Origin: Prorocentrum cordatum
Taxonomy: Eukaryota
Length of the DNA: 64,000 bases
Direction: 5' to 3'
Assembly (NCBI GenBank): GCA_963575745.1
Contig: CAUYUJ010000298.1
Span: forward strand, 1-64,000
This document shows, in pieces, positions 1 to 9,701 of the stretch. Positions within the stretch are counted from its first letter, which is position 1. Every line of letters begins with the position of its first letter. The translations under genes and the position numbers were made by a program. Under the pieces are notes generated by a model. The model had not been told where the DNA came from, made no database searches, and saw only the letters and a program-made list of their open reading frames with translations.

Positions 1-2456
1 CCCAGCACATTCAAACTCTCAACATGCTTGAAAGGTACAATCCGCGAGCCAATCTGAACCGTGACCGTATCAGTGTACTGAGTACCACACACCATCATCT
101 CTAGACTCTCCTCCTTCCACTCCATCCCCCAATCCCTGAGAGCAGTAGTGAAGGCAGTGGCCGCTACCTGCGCCTCCGATGCTGACTTGGCGGCCAGAAA
201 AATATTGTCAGCCCAGAGAGCATGATTCCAACGTGCATACCGACAATGATCATCATGGCATGGCATCTCGACTCCGACCCCGCGCTGATCCAGGCGAGCA
301 ATCACATCACGCCACATAGCAATAGTGACAATAGTAAACGCGATAGGTGATTCGGTACCCCCAGTACGGAGCGACCTATCCCACTGCACATTGGGGATTG
401 TCACTCCTTCAAACAGCACCGTGCATGAAGTAGATGAGAGAGGTTCCAATAACGCATACTGCAACCGTGCACTGATCCCAAGGGCCGTCATCGCTCTCGA
501 GACTGTCGGCAACGTCACAGCATCGAACGCCCGCTCGATGTCACAGCTGAGGAGCCACGCCGTTTGATCTCGCCCCCACGTGGAAGCATGTTGTGCAATA
601 CATTTCATGGCCAATGAAATCTCCCAGCAACGTCGTCCGCTGGTAAAACCGTAAACCGCCATATCACTCATGAAGGGTTCCACACATCGTTCCAGTAAAA
701 TCGTCACACACGCGAGATACCACTTGGCCAAGGTATTTCCGACGAGCAGGTTCCTTGTTTGTCGCAATGTTTCCAGTTTGCTCGTTGTCGGCATAAGTGT
801 TAGGTATACTTCCTGCCATTCCCTTGGCGTCGGGCGAAGCCCGTTGAATATATCAGAGAAAACCTTACCAATAGAACGCACTGACCTCCACGAAAGAGAC
901 TTGAGAAGTTCAACCGAGATGCCGTCGGGCCCACAGGCCCGTCCTGTTCGGAGCCTGCTCCGCGCCTGCAGAATAGTAGAGTATGTAATCGTAAGTGCGT
1001 TGTCCGAAGAGGCTGTTGATTGAGATGCATGGCGACGCAGTGTGGACACAAGCTCCCGATTGCGGGCTCTGGAGTCATCACGAGTCATACTCTGCACAGC
1101 ATATCGCTCCACCTCCTCCGCCCACAGTTCCCTGTCCTCCGTCACCATAGTCGTAGGTCCCATATCCCCTCCCCCAGTGTCCGTCACCCTCAACTCCGTC
1201 ACACGTGTCCTCCTCCCCTTCCTAGATGGTAGCGCCTCCCACTCCACCTTCCGTCGGCGATATTCCCGCGCAAGCGGTCTGATGCGACGTCGAAGGTCCC
1301 GAGCCAACGCTCTGTCCTTCCTAGCACGTGCCTCTCTGAGTTGCACCTCCAGGTCGGCATGCTGGGGAGTCCTACTCGGCGGGAGCCCTCGAGAGTACCT
1401 GGGGGCCCTCACCGTGAGGAGCGGTAACGCATGTCCAGCAATCGTTTCAGCAAGACGTTGTGGGGGCACCGTCGGGATCTGGACGTCCGCCAGGACCTGA
1501 AATTGGGCCTCCTCCCGATACGAGTGGAACTCTTTGTGGCTTGTGTGGTGGCTAGGGGGGCCTTGATATTTCGTGACCTGAGGGTTCTGCATATGGAACT
1601 CGGCGTAGACACAGGCATGATCCGAGAAGTTGGTAGTCGGGGTCTCTGGGATCCAATCCGTTCGGAATTCAACCAAGCCACCCTCCCAGGATTGTGGGAC
1701 CATGAGATAGTCAAGCACTTTTGGCGCAATAGTCTTCGCCCCAGACTTGCGTCGAGCATTATTCGCACGATGCACGAAAGTCGGCTGCCGAGAGTACGGC
1801 GAGCCAAGAGAATTGACTGCCAGCAAGCCCATCCGACACAGCCACTCCTGCAGCTGAGATCGCCACATGTCCTCCTCCCACCGTCTATCCTCCGTATCAT
1901 TCCCATATCCCCTCCCGTCGAGAATCTGCACAGCACCTCCAGTCACCGTGCCTCCTGAACAGGTGATGTCGGGCGCAAGCTCAACATTAAAATCCCCGGC
2001 AATCACAAGCTCACATGTGTATCTGCATTCCTCCTTCCACCTCCGATAAGTTGTTTCGATTGTTTTCAGCATCTCAAAAGCCACCTCCAGTGAACGATTC
2101 TCCGATCTGTTCGGAAAGTACGCAGAGACAAGAAAGATACACGGATGACGCAAGCACACAATAGCAAGACGAGCATGATTACTCCAAGAGCGAACTATGT
2201 TGTGACAAGACTGCCCCCTCAAAGCTATGGAAGCCTTCCTGTCACTTGAATAAACTAGGTGCCAGCCAAGCAGCTGAATTGAATTGGACGGTGAGTGTTC
2301 ACACTCCTGTAAACAGAACACTTCACAGCCGTGAGAAAGAAGTGCCCTCATGCAAGCAAGTCCCCGATCTGCTGTAGCCCCTTGTTTCATAAGATTCTGG
2401 GTGCCTAGCCTATGCTGGGCTGTGGGGCCACCAGCCCGACTGGCACCTCTGCACCG
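1..2456 (-). CDS. LINE ORF2: apurinic-like endonuclease + reverse transcriptase (partial, open to window edge)
   Basis: Hand translation finds no stop from 2456 to the window edge. APE motifs in order: GTQNL, FCLQE, SAYFP, IAGDFN, VLDY, FSDH. RT motifs: ACGPDGI, YGFTSGR, SCDIERAFD, SLRTGGTESP, LWADNI, GMEWK, LNVLG. The first in-frame ATG (2390) lies downstream of the first APE motif. Confidence 0.95.
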
Positions 2457-2459
2457 TCA
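2400..2459 (-). promoter_or_regulatory. Candidate stop-codon readthrough cassette (UGA-CGG, 9-nt spacer, stem-loop)
   Basis: TGA at 2459-2457 is followed by CGG in frame with ORF2. Stem pairs GGUGCC/GGCACC, AGUC/GGCU and GGGCUG/CAGCCC span 2447-2400. Confidence 0.6.
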
Positions 2460-4070
2460 TGTCCTGCCGGCAAGACTCGTAACAAATGTGTCGTATGTAG
2501 TCGTCACACCGCTTCGCATAAGTACCCCCTCCCAGATCTCGCGGTCCACTGTCCACCCCGCATTGATACGAAAGGATGCCAGTTCCACGGGTCGATGCTG
2601 AGGGTCCTGCGGCTTGGTCCACATTGTGCTCCGTCCGTTGGGTCCCGATCCTGTCTCCCCCCTGATCTCCATCGCCTCACTGTTGGTACACTCGCGGTAT
2701 GCCCCATAGAAGCGTCCCACAGCCCCGATATGATCACGTTTCCAAGGTGGGGCCTCTATGCGTACGCGGACCCGACTGGGTCGTTGTAACATGCCCGGGA
2801 ACATGCTGTCATAATCTGGAGGTGACCTCGAAACCTGAGCCGCATTCCTTTGGGGATTCGGAGTTAAAGCATCATCAAAAGCACGCTTCACGTTGTATAA
2901 TCTCGAAGAGTCGGTTCCTACAATGAATTTGATTTTGATCGTACTCAACATCATTCTACTTCCATTCATACGTAATGTGCCCTCGTAGTCGATCCTAGCT
3001 TCATCCTCTGCTGCGATGGCCGTCTTCAAATTAGTGATGAATTGTGCAGCGTCCGTGTCTCTCATCATACTGGCCGAACGTGTAACCGCTGTCCCATTCC
3101 AGTCTGTCCAGCCCGTGAGCTCCACATAGCTGGGACTGAAACTGGAGGGTCCTGAGAGTCCTGGTGGGCCCCCTCCGTAGGAAGGTGCCGTAGTCGAGGC
3201 TGCACCTGATATCACACTGGGGTTCTTCTTGAGATCCTGCATCTGTCGTTCCAAATTGTTCATCCTGATGTCGGAGGCCTCCTGACGCTTCGAGATACTC
3301 TGGATATCGGCCCTGGTTTCGACGTTTTCTTGTTGCCTAACTTTGCTCTCAAGCACGTTGAGCTCCGCGAAGGCCTTGAACCAGGATGGGGCCTCGTCCG
3401 AGACCACACTGAGTTTCTTTCGCTTCTCCTCGAGTTCTCCCAAGAGTGCCTCGTGAGGACCGTTGACACGATGTTTGACATTTTGTTGGGCGTCGTCGCT
3501 AACACCCTGCATACCCTGACGCTCCCCAGCACCTTCAGGGACAACAGCCGCTTGGGCCGCCGCCTGTTGTGCCTCCGTGGGCATACCTGGGGGTCCCCCT
3601 AGAGCACCTTGTGGAGCTGGGCCTCTAGGAACAACAGGAGCGCCTCCAGATCCTTGACCTCCAGGACTGACCTGACCTATTGGAACCCCTCCCGCACGCC
3701 CTCCGTTGGTTGTAGCTCCCGCCACAGCTGCGTTGGAAGAAGTCTGCATCATATTCATGAGTCCTGTATTCATATTCACAAATGAAGGTGGGACAACACA
3801 ATGGCTATCACTATCTGGTGTGGAGTCGGCAGTATTCAATCTCCCGTCCAATGGAAGGTCACGTACAATCTGCTCGGTATCCTGAACTTGCCTCTTCCGA
3901 GATGCCCTCTCAACAGCAGAATCTGGTCTCTGTCCGTAATCCTGTGAGTACTGCAAATATGGTACAGTCGGGGAAATATCCTCCAGCTGGAAACGTCTCG
4001 CAAGCACTGAAAAGTCGTGCCCGTCCGTCTTTGCACACACGACAAACAAAACAACAATTACAGCACACAA
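2457..4070 (-). CDS. LINE ORF1 (putative nucleic-acid chaperone); first ATG at 3773 gives 438 aa
   Basis: Long ORF directly upstream of ORF2. It has a Gly/Pro/Ala-rich N-terminus, a coiled-coil-like segment (ELEEKRKK…MNNLERQMQDLKK) and a globular-looking C-terminus. No CCHC knuckle seen. The track start at 4070 is TTG. Confidence 0.85.
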   Translation of the reverse strand: MCAVIVVLFVVCAKTDGHDFSVLARRFQLEDISPTVPYLQYSQDYGQRPDSAVERASRKRQVQDTEQIVRDLPLDGRLNTADSTPDSDSHCVVPPSFVNMNTGLMNMMQTSSNAAVAGATTNGGRAGGVPIGQVSPGGQGSGGAPVVPRGPAPQGALGGPPGMPTEAQQAAAQAAVVPEGAGERQGMQGVSDDAQQNVKHRVNGPHEALLGELEEKRKKLSVVSDEAPSWFKAFAELNVLESKVRQQENVETRADIQSISKRQEASDIRMNNLERQMQDLKKNPSVISGAASTTAPSYGGGPPGLSGPSSFSPSYVELTGWTDWNGTAVTRSASMMRDTDAAQFITNLKTAIAAEDEARIDYEGTLRMNGSRMMLSTIKIKFIVGTDSSRLYNVKRAFDDALTPNPQRNAAQVSRSPPDYDSMFPGMLQRPSRVRVRIEAPPWKRDHIGAVGRFYGAYRECTNSEAMEIRGETGSGPNGRSTMWTKPQDPQHRPVELASFRINAGWTVDREIWEGVLMRSGVTTTYDTFVTSLAGRT

Positions 4071-4184
4071 AGCAGGCGGCCTGGCTTGCCTGGAAGATGC
4101 CGTACTCGTCGATGGCAGCGATGGCCGCCGCGCCGCTTCCCCGCGGCGCCGACACCCCCTGAGCTCCTGTGGGATCCAGGAGCC

Positions 4185-4207
4185 CTAGAGCCGAGATGTC
4201 TTGAGCC
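4185..4207 (-). other. Dinoflagellate spliced-leader 3' tail plus relict SL at the LINE 5' end
   Basis: Minus strand reads GGCTCAAG (last 8 nt of DinoSL DCCGTAGCCATTTTGGCTCAAG; GGC is shared with the target), then ACATCTCGGCTCTAG, which matches the 15-nt relic CCATTTTGGCTCAAG at 11/15. Confidence 0.65.
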
Positions 4208-4386
4208 GGGAACCTCGTAGAGCTCCTTGTATCCGTGAGAAAGCTCAGGATCAAAGCAAGAGCTTTTGGGAGCTTTTCTACAAAAACTTCAAGTTTAGAT
4301 TTTTCAGAGTCAACATGAAGTCGGTTCCTCCAAGTGAACTGGCACTAAAAATGGCTCTAGAGGACTGAGCTGCTCAGGAAACAAAG

Positions 4387-4672
4387 TTTATTATAATTTA
4401 TCTTCAATTTATATATTTGTGTTTATTCTGGTAATTTATTTTTTATAATTTTTCTATATTATATATTTTATTATTATTATTTATAATATTATGTTATTAT
4501 ATTAGAATATAATTATATTTTCGTATTATATTTTTATATTTATTGTCATTTATTTGATTGGTTTATTTAATACGGTTTGATATTTATTTAGTTTTAGTTT
4601 TGTTGTTAATTTTTATTAATAATAAATAAGTTTATGTTTATTTTTATATTTTATATATATTTATATATATAT
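4387..4672. repeat. AT-rich low-complexity tract (degenerate (TA)n expansion) inside an F1 element
   Basis: Nearly all A/T. The flanks (acaaagtt…atgtcaatgctcgg) rejoin to the F1 sequence seen uninterrupted at ~24720-24745. Confidence 0.8.
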
Positions 4673-7600
4673 GTCAATGCTCGGAGTAAAAAAATCTGCT
4701 TTCTCAGAATGAATTGTCAAATATCCTTCAAAAAATTGCAAAACCACCCAAAAGTTACCACTTTGTCCTTTCTGGCCGGGTCGACCAACTAGCTCCACCC
4801 CGCGCCGGAATTCCTCTAGCTCATCGATGCCGAAGAGCTCTACGAGGTATATCTTTCAAAAAATCGCAAAACCATCCAAAAGTTGTCCCATTCTCCGCCT
4901 CAGCCGGGTGCGCCAACTGGCGCCGGCGGTGAACGGTCAACCTGGTCACCGCCGGGAACCTCGTAGAGCTCCTAGCACGCGTAAGAGTGCTCAGCATCAA
5001 AAGAGAGGGCTTCTGGAAGCATTTCTCAAAAAAAGAGAAAACCTGATTTTTTTATGTCGACATGAAGTTGGTTGCGCCAAGTGTTTTGATAGTAAAAGTG
5101 AATCTAGAGAGCTCACATTAAGACGGAGAGGCCCTCATAGTCGTTCACAGGTGCGAAAAATCTGCTTTCTCAAAATAAATGGTCAAATATCTTTGAAATA
5201 TTTGCAAAACCACCCAAAAGTTATCACACTGGGCGCCGGCGGTAAACCGTCAACCTTTCTTACCGCCGGGGGACTCGTAGAGCTTCCTGAGAATATATAA
5301 GGTTTCCAGACCTCTCGGATGCAACAGCCGAACGCCCCCGATACTTCTGGATTGTCTTCTGTACGAGCTCTCTAGCTCTCCTACAGCCCGAGTTACGTGC
5401 GCAAATTGACAGCACCTCTCATGATGACTCGAACAATACGAAGAGTTTGGCAAACATAGCTCGAGTATCAGACCGAGGTCAGACCTCTGCATGCGACAGG
5501 CGGACGTGTCTGATGTCTCTGAATCGATTCCTGTGATTAACAGCCCTGCAGCCCCCCCTATAGCCTCAGTTAAGTGCAGAAAACCGACAGCATCTCTCAG
5601 GATTCGAACAACACGAATAGTTTTACGGACCTAGTTCGGGCAGCAGACAGAGTTCGGAGCTCTGGATTCGAAAGGCGGACGCGCCTGATGTCTCCGGATC
5701 GATTCCAGTCTCGACCAGCCACGCAGCCCCCCCACAGTCCGAGTTAAGTGCAGAGAACCGACAGCATCTCTCCAGATGACTCGAACAATACAAATAGTTT
5801 CGGGATTCTAGATCGGGCAGCAGACCGAGTTCAGAGCTCTGGATTCAACAGACAACGGCCACTGATAAATCTGAACCAGATCCTGTACGTATGAGCTCTT
5901 TAGCTGTCCTGTAGCTCGAGTTAAGTACAGAAAACCGAGAGCGTCTGTCAAGATGACTCGAATAATACGAATAGGTTTGCGCACCTAGCTCGGCTAGCAG
6001 ACCGATTTCAGACTTCTGGATTCAACACGCGAACGCGCCTGATCATTCTGAGTGGATTAGCTGTGCTTACCAGCTCTGTAGCTGTCCTGAAGCTCGAGTT
6101 ATCTTGAGAAAACCGACACCGCGTGACAAGATGACTCGAAATGGCCGATCCCGCCGAAGCGCTTTTTGGCAGTAAAAGGTACCCGATCGAGCTGAGATCA
6201 AGATGGCGAGCGGGAATAAGATCGAATATCACGGAAAGAAATATTAGAGCTCTAACGAATTGCTGAATTTCAAGAACAAAATTTTCAACCGACCAAAAGT
6301 CAGCAAAAGGTCGGTCGATACTTTTCTTGCCAACTGGGCGCCGGTAAATGTCAACCTTTGTTACCGCCGGGGACTCGTAGAGCTTCCTGACAACATGTAA
6401 TGTCGAAAAAAAACACAGAAAAAAATAGTTTTCAGCCCAAGCAATTTCAGACCTCTCGGATGCAACAGCCGAACGCCCCCGATGCTTCTGGATTGTCTTC
6501 TGCACGAGCTCTGTAGCTCTCTTACAGCCCGAGTTACGTGCGTCAATCGAGAGCACCCATTGGCAAACCTCGCTCGAGTATCAGACCGAGTTCAGACCTC
6601 TGCATACGCGTCTGATATCAGCTAAGTGCAGGAAACCCACAGCACCTCTCAGATTATATTGAACAATACAATAGTTTTACGGACTTAGTTCGGACAGCAG
6701 ACAGAGTTCGAAGCTCTGGATTCGACAGACAGACGCGCCTGATGTCTCCGAATCGATTCCAGTGATTACCAGCCATGCAGCCCCCCTACAGCCCAAGTTT
6801 AGTGAAGAGAACCGACAGCATATCTCAGGATGACTCGAACAATACGAATAGTTTCGCGATAGATCGGGCAGCAGACCAAGTTCAGAGCTCTGTATTCGAC
6901 AGACAAACGCAACTAATAATTCTGAATCAGATTCTGCACGTATTGGCTCTGGAGCTGTCCTCAGGCTCGAGTTGAGAACAGAAACTGAGAGCGTCTGTTA
7001 AGATGAATCGAGTAATACGAATAGGTTTACGGACCTAGCTCGGCTAGCAGACCGAGTTCAGACGTCTTGCTTCAACAGGCAAACGCGCCTGATCATTCTG
7101 AGTGGATTCGCTGTGCTTACCAGCTCTGTAGCTGTCCTGAAGCTCGAGTTATCTTGAGAAAACCGACAGCGCGTGACAAGATGACTCGAAACGGCCGATC
7201 CCGCCGGAGTGCTTTTTGGCAGTGAAAGGTACCCGATCGAGCTGAGATCAAGATGGCGAGCGGGAATGAGATCGAATATCACGGGAAAAAATACTAGAGC
7301 TACAAAGAATTGTTGAATTTTAAGAACAAATTTTTAACCGACCAAAAGTCAGCAAAAGGTCCGTCGAGCTTTTTCTTGCCAACTAGCTCTCCAGCGCCCC
7401 GGAACTGGCGCCGGCGGTGAACCGTCAACCTGGCCACCGCCGGGAACCTCGTAGAGCTCATTTCACGCGTAAGAGTGCTCGGAGTCGAAAGAAAGAGCTT
7501 CTGGAAGCATTTCTCGAAAAAGAAAAAAATTGAATTTTTTCGTGTCGACATAAAGATGGTTCCCCCAAGTGTTTTGATAGTAAAACTGCGCCTACAGAGC

Positions 7601-7740
7601 TCATCCTAAGACAGAGAGGCCCTCATAGTCTTTCACAGGTGCGAAACATCAGGTTTCTCAAAATGAATTGTCAAATATCTTTCAAAAATTCGCAAAACCA
7701 CCCAAAACTGGGCGCCGGCGGTAAACCGTCAACCTTGGTT

Positions 7741-9700
7741 TTTGCTTTGCTCGGAGCCCACAGGGACAGAGGAGTCCCCGCTCAAGATTCAGGTCCGCAG
7801 CAGCGGAGCAGATGCTCGCCATCCAACACGAAGCATCCACGACTCGCCAAAAGCGAGACAGCGGACAACCTACAAGGGATGCTAGTTAGTAAACGTCTCA
7901 CCACGGGGAGTGCACAACAAGGCGAAGCCTTAGAATATGACATGAAGCAACATGTGCAGAAGCCACATTACACTAAAGCGGTCAACAATTACGCAACTCC
8001 AGTATACAAGAGGTTACCAACACGAAACTTTGGATACACATGATTATTGAGGGAGATCCACACTGTTCCGAAATCAGCCACAACCGACCAACAGGCAGAC
8101 CAAACGTTTGGAAGGGAAGGAAACACCCTAACCGTATATATGCGAAGTCCCAAGAAGATAAGCTCCCATTGGGCAGAAAAGGGTCGCTTCAACCCGTGCT
8201 GAGTTTTGGGAGCCAGTTCAATAACGTTTCAACCAACACAGCGATAACTCTAATCCATCGTCTCCAATAGGCGTCCAAGGAAGTGTTGTGCGAGAGACCG
8301 ATAATGAATAGCAAGCCCATCGTGTGCGACTATGTCCTGGAGGGTTCGGAGCATGTCGGGATAACATCCATACTCGAGGAGGTCAGCCCATTCGTGCAAG
8401 AAATGATCCCTCTCCTCCCGAGGGCAGCTTGTGTAAGCCGCTAAGAAGTCGACAACCCATTCAGTCTGCGCACTTTCGAACTCACTATCACTCGATTCCC
8501 CATCGTCATGGTATTTTGGAAACAACATCATGTACGCTCGCAGTCGACTCGGGTCCACATGTGGCCTCGGAAGGAGATGCTGGCATACATCCTCAAACAT
8601 CTCCTCAAACATCTCCTCACACATCTCCTCTGGATCTCTGTCTTCCACTGTTGGGTCCGCACTCGCTCCAACCTCGGACGAAGCTTGATTGGAAGAAACT
8701 TGATTGGAGCAAACTGGATTGGAAGAACCTTGATTTGAAGCTCCAACCTCTGTCGAAGCGCCAACCTCTGACGAAGCTCCAACCTCTGACGAAGCTTCCA
8801 CTGTTGGGTCCGCACTCGCACCAACCTCTGACGAAGCTCCAACCTGGTTTGAAGACACTTGATTGGAAGAACCTTGATTTGAAGGACTGCTCTGGTTGGA
8901 ACAACTGCCCAATTGATTTGAAGAAACTTGATTGGAAGAACCTTGAATTGAATAACTGCCATGATTTAAAGCACTGCCCTGGTTTGAAGAACGGCCATCG
9001 CTTTCCTCTCGCCCCCTCTTGTCGCCTCTTTCCCTGCCTGAAACTCGAGCGGAAGAACTGCCCACCACTGGACCGCTAGGCCTGAAAACTTGAGCGGAAG
9101 AACTGAGGCCGTCAGAATGCACCTGCGAAGGACCAACATGTTCGCCGAGGGCACCAGCCAGATAGATTGTGGCGGGAGCGCGTGTGGTGTCGAACGGAAC
9201 GGTAAACAAGCTATAGTCCACCTCAATCTGCCTCCAGGCAGCCAGAGTCAATCTACGGGTCTTGCGCTTCCAACTGATCGATTTGGGACCAGACACGGGG
9301 GACAGAGTAGGGGAAGTATGAGTGTTGTAACATGCATGCCAGTCGTGACTTATCTGAGACCGCTCACTTGAGTATGAATACCAAGGGGGTCCACCAAGAG
9401 AAGACAACATCGATTAGAGAATAAAAGAAAACTGCAACCAATCTGGAGATCTGTTATCTGTAATGCGTCCTGAGTGCACAACAAATCCACACACGATTGA
9501 AAACTGGCAAGAGTGCAGAGATCGGGCACCGTGATGGCTGTCACGGAGTCTGCGCTTGACTGCGTGCGTGCCCTCGTAACGTAAGCGGAACACAAGCTTT
9601 GCTGGCGTAGGGGCTCTAAACTGGAGGCGAGGTCCAGGCAGAGTTTAAAACCCCTGTCGGATGCGAAGAGCAACCACGCCTTGAGCAACCACGCCTTGAG
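7741..9700 (-). mobile_element. Retroposed insertion (retrocopy or non-autonomous retroelement) with 11-bp TSD
   Basis: Unique sequence flanked by direct repeat CAACCTTGGTT at 7730-7740 and 9701-9711, splitting an F2 3' hairpin. Minus-strand 3' end is …GCAAAGCAAA and 5' end is CTCAAG…. Confidence 0.8.
8250..9410 (-). CDS. Hypothetical protein (386 aa) with SSNQ, ASSEVG and EEMF repeats and an acidic C-terminal region
   Basis: ATG-initiated ORF in the sense of the insertion. Its internal repeats have frame-preserving periods (15, 18 and 12 bp). No family recognised. Confidence 0.5.
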   Translation of the reverse strand: MLSSLGGPPWYSYSSERSQISHDWHACYNTHTSPTLSPVSGPKSISWKRKTRRLTLAAWRQIEVDYSLFTVPFDTTRAPATIYLAGALGEHVGPSQVHSDGLSSSAQVFRPSGPVVGSSSARVSGRERGDKRGREESDGRSSNQGSALNHGSYSIQGSSNQVSSNQLGSCSNQSSPSNQGSSNQVSSNQVGASSEVGASADPTVEASSEVGASSEVGASTEVGASNQGSSNPVCSNQVSSNQASSEVGASADPTVEDRDPEEMCEEMFEEMFEDVCQHLLPRPHVDPSRLRAYMMLFPKYHDDGESSDSEFESAQTEWVVDFLAAYTSCPREERDHFLHEWADLLEYGCYPDMLRTLQDIVAHDGLAIHYRSLAQHFLGRLLETMD

Positions 9701-9701
9701 C
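9671..9701 (-). other. Tandem 15-bp SL-relic-like repeats at the 5' end of the insertion
   Basis: Minus strand reads (G)CTCAAG-GCGTGGTTGCTCAAG-GCGTGGTTG. The 15-nt unit matches CCATTTTGGCTCAAG at 10/15 and ends in GCTCAAG. Confidence 0.45.

Larger units (their letters stand above)
1..4207 (-). mobile_element. Non-LTR retrotransposon (LINE, APE-RT type), 5' portion; 3' end lies left of the window
   Basis: ORF1 plus an APE-RT ORF2 on the minus strand. Sharp 5' junction at ~4204-4207 into the 3' hairpin of an F1 element (…ttga|gccgggaacctcgtagagctcc). Confidence 0.95.

Noticed and set aside
325..2049. Plus-strand and alternate-frame ORFs over the LINE (325..567, 670..1023, 1042..1500, 1409..1936, 1431..1958)
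   Set aside because: They are shadows of ORF2, which holds all APE and RT motifs in a single minus-strand frame.
2457..2459. General UGA-to-Trp code reassignment
   Set aside because: This is the only in-frame TGA in more than 1250 codons that contain many TGG Trp codons, and it sits exactly at the ORF1/ORF2 boundary. Not fully excluded.
2410..2460. ATGA stop-start overlap as the ORF2 initiation mechanism
   Set aside because: That ATG is out of frame with ORF2 and ends after 16 codons at TAG (2412-2410).
8324..9079. 251-aa plus-strand ORF with LDWK and KLQP repeats
   Set aside because: Antisense shadow of the repeat region of 8250..9410. The terminal features of the insertion point to the minus strand.
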